Shown: positions 1-9,144, numbered from the stretch's first letter. The stretch: 64,000 nt of DNA from an uncultured Candidatus Saccharibacteria bacterium (GCA_964373675.1 CAYJVO010000001.1:4327-68326), one strand, 5' to 3'. Notes: generated by a model from the letters alone, not told the origin. Numbers and translations are program-made.

Positions 1-69
1 GGCAATGACTGTCAGTATTGCCAAGGAAATTAAAAAATTATTTAAAACTCGGTTCATTCGCGCTGTAAG

Positions 70-789
70 TTAACCCCAAAGATTGAATTTTAATATATGC
101 CAAATTGCCGCCACGCCGTCTTTCCAATTAATTTTTTTACCCTCAGCGTAGGTACGACCGCTGTAAGCGATTCCGACTTCATAAACCCTTAATTTTTCTC
201 CGGCAACTCTGGCGGTAATTTCCGGTTCAATACCGAAGCGGTTGGAGGTAAGCTTGGGAAGGATTTTCCTCAGGCCATCTTTAGTAAATGCTTTGTAGCA
301 AGTCTCCATATCTGTAAGATTTAAATCGGTAAGCATGTTAGAGAGCATGGTAAGAATTTTGTTGGCAACATAATGCCAGAAATACAAAACGCGGTGCGGT
401 TCACCGCCGATAAAACGGGAACCATAAACTACATCCGCTCGGCCATCCATGAGGGGGGCAAGGATTTTCGGATATTCATTCGGGTCATATTCCAGATCGG
501 CATCTTGGACGATAATAAAATCGCCGGTGGCTTGCGTAAAACCGGTTCTTAAAGCGGCGCCCTTTCCCATATTTTGCGGCTGATAAACGATTTTGTGCTT
601 ATTTTCGTAGTTTTTCACTATTTCTCGGGTTTTATCGGTGGAGCCGTCGTCAACAATAATTATTTCTTTTTTAAAGTCCCGGACCAATTTTACCGCTTCA
701 ACTGCGGATAGGAGTTTTTCAATGGTTTTCTCCTCGTTGTAGATAGGTATAACAATAGAAAGAGTTTTCATTTTTTTATCGTACCACAA
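70..789 (-). CDS. Family 2 glycosyltransferase (dolichol-phosphate mannosyltransferase-like)
   Basis: 239 aa ORF. N-terminal LSIVIPIYNEE...DDGSTD and a QDADL(DxD-like) motif are typical of GT2 DPM1-like enzymes. It overlaps the upstream ORF by 14 nt, suggesting an operon. Confidence 0.8.
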   Translation of the reverse strand: MWYDKKMKTLSIVIPIYNEEKTIEKLLSAVEAVKLVRDFKKEIIIVDDGSTDKTREIVKNYENKHKIVYQPQNMGKGAALRTGFTQATGDFIIVQDADLEYDPNEYPKILAPLMDGRADVVYGSRFIGGEPHRVLYFWHYVANKILTMLSNMLTDLNLTDMETCYKAFTKDGLRKILPKLTSNRFGIEPEITARVAGEKLRVYEVGIAYSGRTYAEGKKINWKDGVAAIWHILKFNLWG

Positions 790-2203
790 AATGAACCAAG
801 GTTAAGAATCTTCCGGAATAAGGCGCGGGCATATTGCGCAGATTAGGGTTGGTATCTAATATCGGAGTGGGGAGAATTAACCAAAACGGAGGATTTACCG
901 CTACCGTATCCTCGCCAAATTGAATAACGTCCAGTTCTTTTTGAGAATAATACCTAAGCGTTTGAAGATGCCGCCAATTAAATACTCTGATATCCTCATC
1001 ATTGTGCTGATTTGCCAAGTAAAGCCCAATCGCTTTTTCGTCTATGGAGATATCCAGCGCATAAATTTTTGGTCTTACAAACGCTTCTCTAAAAGTTGTG
1101 AGGACCGCCGGAATCATCAATAAAATAAAAATAAAACGAGGGATCCAGCCCCGTTTTTCCGGGAAGAACCCGCGAATTAGTAGATAAGTCGCGGCTATCG
1201 CGCCAGCCGCGAATGGATACATTGTAGTGAAGTAGGGAAGCAAACGAGTTTTTACTATGGCAAAAAACCCAAAAACAAAGAAAGCGGCCCCAAAAACGGC
1301 AAAAACTGCCGGCAGATAGCTCTTAATTTTTTTCCGGGCAAGGGGGTAAAGTAACAAAAATCCAACACCTATTAGAGAATTAATAAAAACTGCGGTCCAG
1401 GGCTGGGAGTATTTCCAAAGCACCCACAAGTAATAATTCAGAGATACGCTGTTGCTTAATATATTTTGGGTCGCTCTTTGGATTAAATGATAACCAAAGT
1501 AGTCGTTCAAAAAAACTGATCCAAACTTAATAATTTGATAAATATGCCAGGGAGCGACAATGACAACCATTAATAAAATACCCAGCCAAAAATATTTATT
1601 TTTTAACCAGCCCCATTGTTTAAATATAAAACTCCAAATCAAAATTATCGGCACTCCTAAAAGACCGATGACGCTTTTTAACATGATGCCGATTCCTAAA
1701 CTAATGCCAATACCCGACAAGAAAAGAGGATATTTTTGCCCTTTTAGATAAAAATATACGGCCGCCAAAGCCGCCATTGTTACTGGAACATCTATTCTAG
1801 AATGCCTAGCCGCGGCCAGGAAAAACGGCATGGTTATTAATATAAGCCCGCTAAAAAATGCAATTTCCCGATCGCGTGTTAACTCCAGCATAATCAAAAA
1901 TGTAAAAATTACTCCTAAAATACCGAAAAGCGCTGATGGCAGCCGCATGGCAAATTCATTTAAACCAAATACTTTAATAGCCCCCGCCATTAACCACATG
2001 TATAAAGGAGGTTTTTCAAACCAAGGCTTATTCAGATAGGTTTGAGTAAGATAGCGATTATTTTGAACCATTTCTCTGGCCACAATCGCATAGCCGGCTT
2101 CGTCATAATCGTCCAATGGCAATCTTCCTAACGAAATAAAATAAAACCCAGAAGCCGCAATAATCAATATCAAAATTAAATACAGAGTTATTTTTTTTGA
2201 CAT
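776..2203 (-). CDS. GT-C fold ArnT/PMT-like (GT83/GT39) membrane glycosyltransferase
   Basis: 475 aa polytopic membrane protein. The first periplasmic loop carries DDYDEAGYAIVAREM...KPPLYMWLMA, matching the ArnT/PMT_2 signature (DE...KPPL). Confidence 0.7.
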   Translation of the reverse strand: MSKKITLYLILILIIAASGFYFISLGRLPLDDYDEAGYAIVAREMVQNNRYLTQTYLNKPWFEKPPLYMWLMAGAIKVFGLNEFAMRLPSALFGILGVIFTFLIMLELTRDREIAFFSGLILITMPFFLAAARHSRIDVPVTMAALAAVYFYLKGQKYPLFLSGIGISLGIGIMLKSVIGLLGVPIILIWSFIFKQWGWLKNKYFWLGILLMVVIVAPWHIYQIIKFGSVFLNDYFGYHLIQRATQNILSNSVSLNYYLWVLWKYSQPWTAVFINSLIGVGFLLLYPLARKKIKSYLPAVFAVFGAAFFVFGFFAIVKTRLLPYFTTMYPFAAGAIAATYLLIRGFFPEKRGWIPRFIFILLMIPAVLTTFREAFVRPKIYALDISIDEKAIGLYLANQHNDEDIRVFNWRHLQTLRYYSQKELDVIQFGEDTVAVNPPFWLILPTPILDTNPNLRNMPAPYSGRFLTLVHFVVR

Positions 2204-3748
2204 TTATTTTATTAAATAAACTAAAGCATCGCGGCTTTCCAGTTTTTTCTCAAAGCGAGAGTCGTTTTCTAGGAAGAAATTTACCGCCGGGTTTTGGTTT
2301 TTATTCAAAATGATATACTTAGCATTAAAATTGCTTTTTAAAACCTCATAAGTGTCCTCCAGCATTTCCCGCGTGCAGGCCTCGGCACCGCAGGTTTTTT
2401 TAGTCACTAAATCAGCGGACAGATAATGAAATTTCCAGTAAAGTTCGGGCGAATAAGCGTATTGGAAAATCGGGTCTAGGCCGCCGACATAATAGTTATG
2501 CCGGTTCCAATAAAAAAGCGGCGAAAAATGACTCCAATGCAAGTTAAAAACGATTTCGTTCAACCGGCTGCTTTCTTTTAGCCATAATGCCCCCTCCTTT
2601 AAGTAATCCGACGGATAGGCAAAACGATTAATGGAATTAATACTTTGATAAGCGGAGTAAGTAACGGAATACAGAGAAAAAATTATTAAAATCGTCGCCA
2701 CCCATTGCTGTGGTAAGTCCCGTCTAAAGGTTTTTAATGCTGGCAAAAGATAACTGACAACGGCGGCAATTAAAATCCATCCAAAAGCAACCCATAAGTT
2801 ATAAGTTCTGCGAGCGACAATAATGGACAGAAGAAACGAAATTATAGAAATAGCACCAGAGCTTAAAAGAATTGTTTTTTGCCAATTTTCCGCCCGATGA
2901 ATCCGTTTGGTTAATATCCAAGCCATTAAAACAGCCGCGGCTATCCAAATCAATAAATAAAGACCAAAATTAGAAAATAAAATTTTTAACCCCAGCGGAA
3001 AATTTTCTTCTCCAAAAAGCAGTGGCAAGCCGCTCTGTTTTTCAATGATCTGCCGCAAAACTTGGATGTAAAAAAGTTTGATTGCGTCGATAGGATTGGG
3101 TCTGGCTAGCCAGCCGACTGTAACTCCGAAAAATGCGCCCAAGCCGACTAGCCAAACAAAACGCTTTTCTATCAACAATTTAACCCCCAGTACTGCGGCG
3201 GCGATAAAAATTGGCAGCCACACGAAATTAAGATGGACCCAGGCAATGCCAAATGAAGCAAGAAACGCCCCCCAAAAATTTTCTTTGACAAAAAAATAAA
3301 ACAAAAGCGGCGCCAGCGCCAGAGAAATTAATTGGGGACGAACCATCAAAAGCTGGGTTAAAACATTGGGAGCGGAAAAAAAGAGTAAAACCGGCCATAA
3401 AAGTGGCCATTTAAAATTCAGCCGGCGCGCGATTAAAAAGTACAGTATTAAAAGTCCGGCCGTGAAAACTATACCCGCAATTTTAAATGACCAAGGTTCG
3501 GGGAGCCAGGAGAAGGGGATTAATAAAACTCCGAAACCGTGCCAAAGAGAAGCGGAAAAGGTTTTCATAACCGAGTACTGGGTCCAAGGGAAATCAACTG
3601 TAAAAATTCCCTTCTCGGTCAAAAGCCGGCTGAAGCCAAAATAGTAAAAAGTATCAGGGTCGGCGATATTGGCAGAGGCAAAATGAAAAACTGCCGAAAC
3701 AATAATCAGTAATAACAACGCAACCGGCCAATGATATTTTTGCGCCAT
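2204..3748 (-). CDS. Polytopic membrane protein, putative GT-C-like glycosyltransferase or hypothetical
   Basis: 514 aa with many predicted TM helices followed by a C-terminal soluble domain. Co-oriented and abutting the two glycosyltransferase genes. No diagnostic motif recognised. Confidence 0.4.
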   Translation of the reverse strand: MAQKYHWPVALLLLIIVSAVFHFASANIADPDTFYYFGFSRLLTEKGIFTVDFPWTQYSVMKTFSASLWHGFGVLLIPFSWLPEPWSFKIAGIVFTAGLLILYFLIARRLNFKWPLLWPVLLFFSAPNVLTQLLMVRPQLISLALAPLLFYFFVKENFWGAFLASFGIAWVHLNFVWLPIFIAAAVLGVKLLIEKRFVWLVGLGAFFGVTVGWLARPNPIDAIKLFYIQVLRQIIEKQSGLPLLFGEENFPLGLKILFSNFGLYLLIWIAAAVLMAWILTKRIHRAENWQKTILLSSGAISIISFLLSIIVARRTYNLWVAFGWILIAAVVSYLLPALKTFRRDLPQQWVATILIIFSLYSVTYSAYQSINSINRFAYPSDYLKEGALWLKESSRLNEIVFNLHWSHFSPLFYWNRHNYYVGGLDPIFQYAYSPELYWKFHYLSADLVTKKTCGAEACTREMLEDTYEVLKSNFNAKYIILNKNQNPAVNFFLENDSRFEKKLESRDALVYLIK

Positions 3749-3751
3749 ACT

Positions 3752-4738
3752 TTATTTCACTACTTCGCGAAGTTTCTGAAGCACTGAGATTAGAGATTCC
3801 AAAACCGAGGCCAACTCTTTTTTAATAGCCGAGACAGACTGAGTGGAGGCGCATAAACTGCTGAAGTTTGAACCGCCGGATTCGTCATACCAATAGCGGT
3901 AGTGCAGCTTGCTTTCCGTATCAACGTTTTCCGGATCAATTGCTCCGTAAATATCGCCTTGCTTAAACAGTAAAATTCCTTGGTAGCAAGAACTAATTCT
4001 ATTGGTGGTTGGATTAACGATGAGAGCTGAAGGATCATAAAGCCGAACGGCTTCTTTATGCTTTGTAAAAGTATAATTAGCGGCATCAGTAAAATTGCAA
4101 ATATTTGAAATGCCTTGGTAGCCAATTATCTCAACATTCTCGCACGCGGAGAATTGCGAGCGAGTTTGATTGGCAATGAAAGCAGCCGGATCGCCCGGCG
4201 TAAGATAGCCGCGATGTTCGCGGGCATAACCGCCAGTATAAACAAATTTAGCCGGCCCGATGCTGAAAGTTCGGTTATTATCCACAATCCCGGTGCCGGT
4301 TTTGATTAACGGTCCTACAGGCGCGAGGACGGGTGGGGGTGGCGTTGGGGCTGTAGTCGCGGTCGGTTGTTCTTCTACAGGAGGCGTTAGTGTCGGTGTT
4401 GGAGCGGCTGGAACTTGGGCAAGCTCTGCTAATTTGGCACGGGTTTTTGGACCAACAATTCCTACTGGTTCAATGCCGTTTTTTGTCTGAAATCTTTTTA
4501 CTGCCGCTTCAGTTAGTTTACCAAAATAACCAGTTGCCAAACCTTCGGGATAAAGTTCTTTGTCTTGAGCTAAATACTGCTGAATGGCCTTTACATCATC
4601 TCCGCGCGTGCCCAAAAACAAAGCCCGATTTATCACCGGCGCGACTATAGAAGGAGTTGTAGTTTGAGCTAGCGCTGTAATGCCGATTGCCAGCGTTAAA
4701 ATCAGACCCAATAATCTTTTAACACCCATTGGTTTCAT
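3752..4738 (-). CDS. Secreted protein with peptidoglycan-binding (PG_binding_1-like) domain and Pro/Thr-rich linker
   Basis: Signal peptide MKPMGVKRLLGLILTLAIGITALA. The LFLGTRGDDVKAIQQYL...GYFGKLTEAAVKRFQTKNGIEPVGIVGPKT motif matches the PG-binding repeat. A PT-rich linker is followed by an unknown C-terminal domain. Confidence 0.7.
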   Translation of the reverse strand: MKPMGVKRLLGLILTLAIGITALAQTTTPSIVAPVINRALFLGTRGDDVKAIQQYLAQDKELYPEGLATGYFGKLTEAAVKRFQTKNGIEPVGIVGPKTRAKLAELAQVPAAPTPTLTPPVEEQPTATTAPTPPPPVLAPVGPLIKTGTGIVDNNRTFSIGPAKFVYTGGYAREHRGYLTPGDPAAFIANQTRSQFSACENVEIIGYQGISNICNFTDAANYTFTKHKEAVRLYDPSALIVNPTTNRISSCYQGILLFKQGDIYGAIDPENVDTESKLHYRYWYDESGGSNFSSLCASTQSVSAIKKELASVLESLISVLQKLREVVK

Positions 4739-4782
4739 TATAATAATTTCAAAGTAAATACACTACCTAAGTTATTCCTTAT

Positions 4783-4859
4783 TGGCTGGGGAGCTAGGGC
4801 TCGAACCTAGAAGTCTCCTGCTCCAAAGGCAGGCGTGTTACCAATTACACCACTCCCCA
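4783..4859 (-). tRNA. tRNA-Gln (anticodon UUG)
   Basis: The reverse complement folds as a cloverleaf: acceptor UGGGGAG/CUCCCCA with the U1:A72 pair typical of bacterial tRNA-Gln. Anticodon stem CCUGC/GCAGG, loop CUUUGGA, T-loop TTCGAGC, encoded CCA. Confidence 0.85.
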
Positions 4860-4976
4860 ATATTTGCATAAAGCATCTACTTTGAGAATAACTAAATCGA
4901 GCACTAAATGTGCTCGATTTAGTTTACCTTTTTTCTTACCCTTCGTAAATCCCAGACCTGTAGAGGTATTCATTAC

Positions 4977-5058
4977 TTTATTCTCCTTCGCCGAAAACCC
5001 CGGGCGGCCTACTCCGCCGAAGTAGCTTCAGCTACGAAGGCTGGATAAGGCCGTGGAG
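4977..5058 (+). repeat. Dispersed ~85-bp element, family A copy 1 (candidate structured RNA)
   Basis: Near-identical copies at 22721-22810 and 32015-32105, all on the + strand. Contains palindromic hairpins GTAGCTTCAGCTAC. Confidence 0.6.
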
Positions 5059-5068
5059 CTACATTTAT

Positions 5069-5096
5069 TTGACATAATTCGTCAAAGCGCTATAAT
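5069..5096 (+). promoter_or_regulatory. Sigma70-like promoter (TTGACA-16nt-TATAAT)
   Basis: Exact -35 and -10 consensus hexamers with a 16-nt spacer, about 50 nt upstream of the CDS at 5148. Confidence 0.5.
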
Positions 5097-5147
5097 TTAT
5101 AATATATAGAAAGGTCGGAAAAATCAGTATATGTTTTTAATTTAAGT

Positions 5148-5906
5148 ATGCGTTTTCGCGTTTTATTTATTATAGGAACACTTGCTGTTCTTTTAGTCGT
5201 CGGTGTCGCTCAGGCGAACCATTCTTGGGGAGGGTATCACTGGGCGCGTACCGCCAACCCATTCACCTTGAAGCTTGGCGACAACGTTGGAGCGGTCTGG
5301 GACGGCCACCTTACTACCGCATCAGGCGATTGGAGCGTGTCTTCGGCGTTAGACACCACAATTATTGCCGGTCAATCCAAAGGGAATTGTCGGCCCACCA
5401 ACGGGCGGGTAGAGGTTTGCAACAGAACCTACGGTTTCAATGGCTGGCTTGGTTTGGCGCAGATCTGGGTTACCAGCGATCAGCATATCACCAACGGTGT
5501 GGTCAAACTCAACGACACTTATTTCAACACCCCGACTTATAACACTCCGGCCTGGCGAAATCTTGTAGTGTGTCAGGAAATCGGCCATACGATTGGCCTT
5601 GATCATCAAGACGAGAATTTCAGCAATCCACCACTCGGCACTTGCATGGATTACTCAAGCGATCCTACGCCCAACCAGCATCCTAATCAGCATGACTACG
5701 ACCAACTGGAAGCGATCTACGCTCACCTTGATTCAGTAACCACGCTTTCCCAATCAAACGTTTCTAATAGGCGTGATGCCAATCACGAAGATTCGGGAGA
5801 ATGGGGTAAGTCCAGGAAGCGTGACGCTCGCGGCCGAACATCCATCTACGAACAAGATCTCGGCAAAGGCGAAAAGGTGTTCACCTTTGTATTCTGGACA
5901 GAATAG
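5148..5906 (+). CDS. Secreted metzincin-like protein (putative zinc metalloprotease, non-canonical motif)
   Basis: Signal peptide MRFRVLFIIGTLAVLLVVGVAQA. The QEIGHTIGLDH stretch fits HExxHxxGxxH with Gln in place of the first His. A downstream Cys/Met segment (GTCMDYSSDP) resembles a Met-turn, snapalysin-like. Confidence 0.5.
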   Translation: MRFRVLFIIGTLAVLLVVGVAQANHSWGGYHWARTANPFTLKLGDNVGAVWDGHLTTASGDWSVSSALDTTIIAGQSKGNCRPTNGRVEVCNRTYGFNGWLGLAQIWVTSDQHITNGVVKLNDTYFNTPTYNTPAWRNLVVCQEIGHTIGLDHQDENFSNPPLGTCMDYSSDPTPNQHPNQHDYDQLEAIYAHLDSVTTLSQSNVSNRRDANHEDSGEWGKSRKRDARGRTSIYEQDLGKGEKVFTFVFWTE

Positions 5907-5934
5907 GTACGCAGGAAAAACCTTCGTAAAAAAA

Positions 5935-5964
5935 ACAGCCCGCAGACAAGGGGCTGTTTTTTTT
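5935..5964. terminator. Bidirectional rho-independent terminator
   Basis: CAGCCCGCAGACAAGGGGCTG hairpin flanked by an A-run upstream and a T8 run downstream, between convergent genes. Confidence 0.7.
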
Positions 5965-5966
5965 GC

Positions 5967-6115
5967 TTCATCCCGCCGTCGGCGGGATGAAGCCCGAAAC
6001 CACGGGCCGCCACGCCCCGCCAAAGGCGTGGGGCTCCGCCGAGTCTGACTCGGCGGAGCCGAGTCTGACTCGGCTCCGCTTACAGCGAGGCCAAGGGTAA
6101 GGTCGGGGAGTGGCT
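5967..6115. repeat. Cluster of GC-rich perfect palindromic hairpins
   Basis: CTTCATCCCGCCG-TC-GGCGGGATGAAG, CCACGCC...GGCGTGG, and CTCCGCCGAGTC-T-GACTCGGCGGAG followed by a second CCGAGTCTGACTCGG unit. Local GC is far above surrounding DNA. Confidence 0.6.
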
Positions 6116-6595
6116 TCATAAACTAATCACTCCAGGCTCCACGGCATCTTTATCAATTATAAATTGCATCATAAATGGTTCTCCATCCTTATTAGTAATG
6201 GGTAGGTCGTTTGCCGAATTAAACACTTGATCGCCATCATCTCGATGAAGCATTGCAAAAAGTGTTTCGCCGTCTTGCGACATACGCGAGATAGGTATTG
6301 AGAAATTCTCGTTATCGCCGGCAGAAAGAAGGCGGCTTTTGCCGATTACAGCGCCTGGATTTCCGTTTTTTTCTTCGTGGATAACCACAAAACCGTCCGC
6401 CTCAAACGCGGCAAAACTAACCGCAATTTTTTCTCCAGGTATCTGGTCCGGAACATAAATCGCGTTCGCTCCCAAACGAAAACCACTCGTTGTTTCTTTG
6501 GTATTTTCAAAACCAATTTTATATCCAAAGTAATAACTGAATCCGATTCCAAGCGTAAAAACCGCGATTAACAAGAAAAGAACTTTTGTTTTCAT
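6116..6595 (-). CDS. Hypothetical membrane-anchored protein
   Basis: 159 aa with N-terminal TM helix MKTKVLFLLIAVFTLGIGFSYYFGY. No recognisable domain. Confidence 0.5.
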   Translation of the reverse strand: MKTKVLFLLIAVFTLGIGFSYYFGYKIGFENTKETTSGFRLGANAIYVPDQIPGEKIAVSFAAFEADGFVVIHEEKNGNPGAVIGKSRLLSAGDNENFSIPISRMSQDGETLFAMLHRDDGDQVFNSANDLPITNKDGEPFMMQFIIDKDAVEPGVISL

Positions 6596-6671
6596 AATAT
6601 ATTTATGACCCTATTCTTTCAAATTTTCAATAATCGCCACTTCCAGCGGCCCAATCGCCCTTCGACGCGGC

Positions 6672-7784
6672 TCAGGACTGTTGTAAGTTTTCTATGATGG
6701 CAATTTCCAAAGGTACAACAGCAAACGGGCTGTAGCGCATTTCGCTGTAAGCCCGGATTAAAGATTTTAGCAAGTTAATATGTTTTGGAACATTGATCTG
6801 TCGGCTGTGTTCTTTTAATTGCTCCAGCTCTTTTTGAGTGAATTCTTTTTTAAAAAGATTCTCCAGCGCCGGATCAAATTTCAAACTTAAAGTACGCCGC
6901 AGGTAGTGAATTAATTCTTTGTTTAAATCAACAAGGTTGTATCCGCCCTCATTGATTTTTGCCAAATACTCTAAAGCGCCATTGAGGTTGCTTTTCAAAC
7001 AAAAATCAGCCAATTTTGCGGTTCGGGTAAATCCCACTTGCCCTAAAATTTTTTCTACTGTTTCGGTATCTACCGCGGTTTCCAAAGAAGCGAGCTGATC
7101 CAACAGCGATTCGGCGTCCCGCAAGCTGCCCTCGGCAGCGGCAGCGATTAGCTCAATTGCGTCTTCAGTAATCCTCAATTTTTCCACCGACGCTATTTTC
7201 CGAAGTTTACCGACAATCTGATCAATCGCCAGTTTATGAAAGTGGAATCGTTGGGTGCGTGAAACAATAGTCGGTAAAACTTTTTCGTATTCGGTGGTGG
7301 CTAAAACAAAGACTACGTGAGCCGGCGGCTCTTCCAAAGTTTTTAACAACGCGTTAAAAGCGTCTTTAGTAAGCATATGAGTTTCGTCAATGATAAAAAC
7401 TTTATGCGGATAGGAAGTGGGGGAGAGTCTGGAGCTTTCTTTTAAATTTCGGATTTCATCTATACCGCGATTAGAAGCAGCATCAATTTCAATCACATCC
7501 AGCGCCTGACCAGTGTCTATATCTGCGCAGGGCTGACAGTTGTTGCAAGGTTCTCCATTAAGGCGAAATTTTTCATTTTTCTGCCGCAGAGCACAGTTAG
7601 CAAGTTTGGCAACGAGGCGAGCAGCAGTAGTTTTGCCAGTGCCGCGCGGCCCGTAAAATAAATAAGCATGCGCCAGTTTATTTTGTTTGGCGGCATTTTT
7701 AAGAACAGTTACTATGTGATCTTGGCCAAGGAGGTCTTCTAAAAGTTTCGGCCGATATTTGCGGTAAATCGCTAAAGCCATCAC
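6672..7784 (-). CDS. dnaX: DNA polymerase III subunit gamma/tau (short form)
   Basis: YRKYRPKLLEDLLGQDHIV, Walker A GPRGTGKTT, a Zn-binding C..C..C cluster and an SRC-like motif. At 370 aa it lacks the tau C-terminal domains. Confidence 0.85.
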   Translation of the reverse strand: MMALAIYRKYRPKLLEDLLGQDHIVTVLKNAAKQNKLAHAYLFYGPRGTGKTTAARLVAKLANCALRQKNEKFRLNGEPCNNCQPCADIDTGQALDVIEIDAASNRGIDEIRNLKESSRLSPTSYPHKVFIIDETHMLTKDAFNALLKTLEEPPAHVVFVLATTEYEKVLPTIVSRTQRFHFHKLAIDQIVGKLRKIASVEKLRITEDAIELIAAAAEGSLRDAESLLDQLASLETAVDTETVEKILGQVGFTRTAKLADFCLKSNLNGALEYLAKINEGGYNLVDLNKELIHYLRRTLSLKFDPALENLFKKEFTQKELEQLKEHSRQINVPKHINLLKSLIRAYSEMRYSPFAVVPLEIAIIENLQQS

Positions 7785-7859
7785 TTGAAATTATAAACGA
7801 CTCTTGATGGTATCTCAAACCTTATTCCTTAATCTTGCCCTTCCTTTTATAATAAAAAG

Positions 7860-9047
7860 GTGAGGATCGGATACGTTATAATTTTTACTTCATTAATTCT
7901 GATTTTGGCAGGCCTTTTTTTATTTTTAGGCAAACCAACCGTATTTAAGATTACGGCTGAGTTTCAAAATAGCATCGGTACCAATCTGGATATTGAATCT
8001 CAAAAACCGCTAGCCAATCCGCCAGCAATTATCAAAGCCATCTATGCCACTAATTGGTCGGCCGGCAGCCCCAAGAAGCTGAATTATCTTATTAACCTTA
8101 TCAAAGAAACGGAACTAAATGCCATAGTTATTGATGTTAAAGATTTTTCCGGCTATGTGGGCTACAACACGCATTTGGAACTACCACAAAAATACAAGGC
8201 CGTGGAACTTCGCATCCCTCAGCTTAATAAACTGGTAAAGCGTCTTCATGATGAAAATATTTATGTTATTGGCCGCATCTCGGTTTTTCAGGACCAGCGT
8301 TTGGCGCTGGCGCGGCCAGATCTCGCGCTGCACAGCAGTTCCACCGGCGCAGTTTGGAAAGACAATAAAGGTTTGATGTGGCTAGACACCGCCTCCAAAG
8401 AAGTTTGGGATTACAATATTGCTATTGCTAGAGAAATTTTGGATCGGGGGTTTGATGAAGTAAACTTTGACTATGTACGATTTGCCTCTGACGGCAATTT
8501 GAATGACATTAAACACCCATTTTGGGATGAGAAGACTTTAAAAACGCTGGTGGTCCGAAATTTATTTAAATATATGCGTGAACAGCTGCCGAGCGCTAAG
8601 CTTTCCGCCGACCTTTTTGGTTTGGTAACGGTAAACACTGACGGTTTAGGAATCGGTCAGCATTTGGAATACGCCCTGCCTTACTTTGATGCCATTGCCC
8701 CAATGGTCTATCCATCGCACTATTTTAAGGGATTTATTGGATACGAAAATCCAGCGGAGTACCCGTATCAAATCGTGAAATATTCCTTGGATACGGCGGC
8801 TGCCAGAATTAAAAATTATAAATTAAGAATTAAGAATGAGGTAGGGACAACTACGCCAATCAAAATTGCCAAGCTTCGGCCGTTCCTTCAGGATTTTGAT
8901 CTAGGCGCCGATTATAACGAACAAAAAATCCGCGCTCAAATCCAGGCAGTCTATGACACGGCCAGTTCTTCACCGGAACTCTTTGACGGCTGGATGCTGT
9001 GGAACGCATCAAATATGTACACGAACGATGCATTGTCGCCAGAATGA
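7860..9047 (+). CDS. Membrane-anchored putative glycoside-hydrolase-like TIM-barrel protein (GHL/DUF4015-like)
   Basis: GTG start, N-terminal TM, and AIVIDVKDFSGYVGY...FDEVNFDYVRF motifs resembling COG1306/GHL families. Family assignment is tentative. Confidence 0.5.
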   Translation: MRIGYVIIFTSLILILAGLFLFLGKPTVFKITAEFQNSIGTNLDIESQKPLANPPAIIKAIYATNWSAGSPKKLNYLINLIKETELNAIVIDVKDFSGYVGYNTHLELPQKYKAVELRIPQLNKLVKRLHDENIYVIGRISVFQDQRLALARPDLALHSSSTGAVWKDNKGLMWLDTASKEVWDYNIAIAREILDRGFDEVNFDYVRFASDGNLNDIKHPFWDEKTLKTLVVRNLFKYMREQLPSAKLSADLFGLVTVNTDGLGIGQHLEYALPYFDAIAPMVYPSHYFKGFIGYENPAEYPYQIVKYSLDTAAARIKNYKLRIKNEVGTTTPIKIAKLRPFLQDFDLGADYNEQKIRAQIQAVYDTASSSPELFDGWMLWNASNMYTNDALSPE

Positions 9048-9050
9048 ATA

Positions 9051-9144
9051 GACTACGAAAATAGGCTACGAAATACGAAAAAGTACGAAATTTATTAAGT
9101 TTTATGCTTTTCGTATATTCGTAAAAATTTCGTATTTCGTAGCC
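9051..9144. repeat. Family B palindromic 'TACGAAA' element, copy B1
   Basis: GGCTACGAAATACGAAA...TTTCGTATTTCGTAGCC terminal inverted repeats around an AT-rich core. Fills the spacer between the GH-like gene and scpA. Confidence 0.7.

Noticed and set aside
920-3644. Short plus-strand ORFs (920-1123, 1560-1751, 1830-2039, 3078-3299, 3366-3644) and minus 3228-3410 inside the glycosyltransferase genes
   Set aside because: They are fully embedded antisense or out-of-frame in long, well-supported membrane-protein CDSs, with low-complexity K/I/P-rich translations and no start context. These are shadow ORFs.
4860-5147. Possible riboswitch or T-box leader upstream of 5148 or serS
   Set aside because: No recognisable T-box specifier/antiterminator or known riboswitch consensus could be read. 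The structure is instead shared by three copies of the family A repeat.
5754-6119. ORFs 5754-6119 (-) and 5773-6048 (+) with RRRRDEA-type translations
   Set aside because: They are produced by the GC-rich palindromic hairpin cluster. The two strands give near-mirror peptides, which is the signature of palindromic DNA rather than coding sequence.
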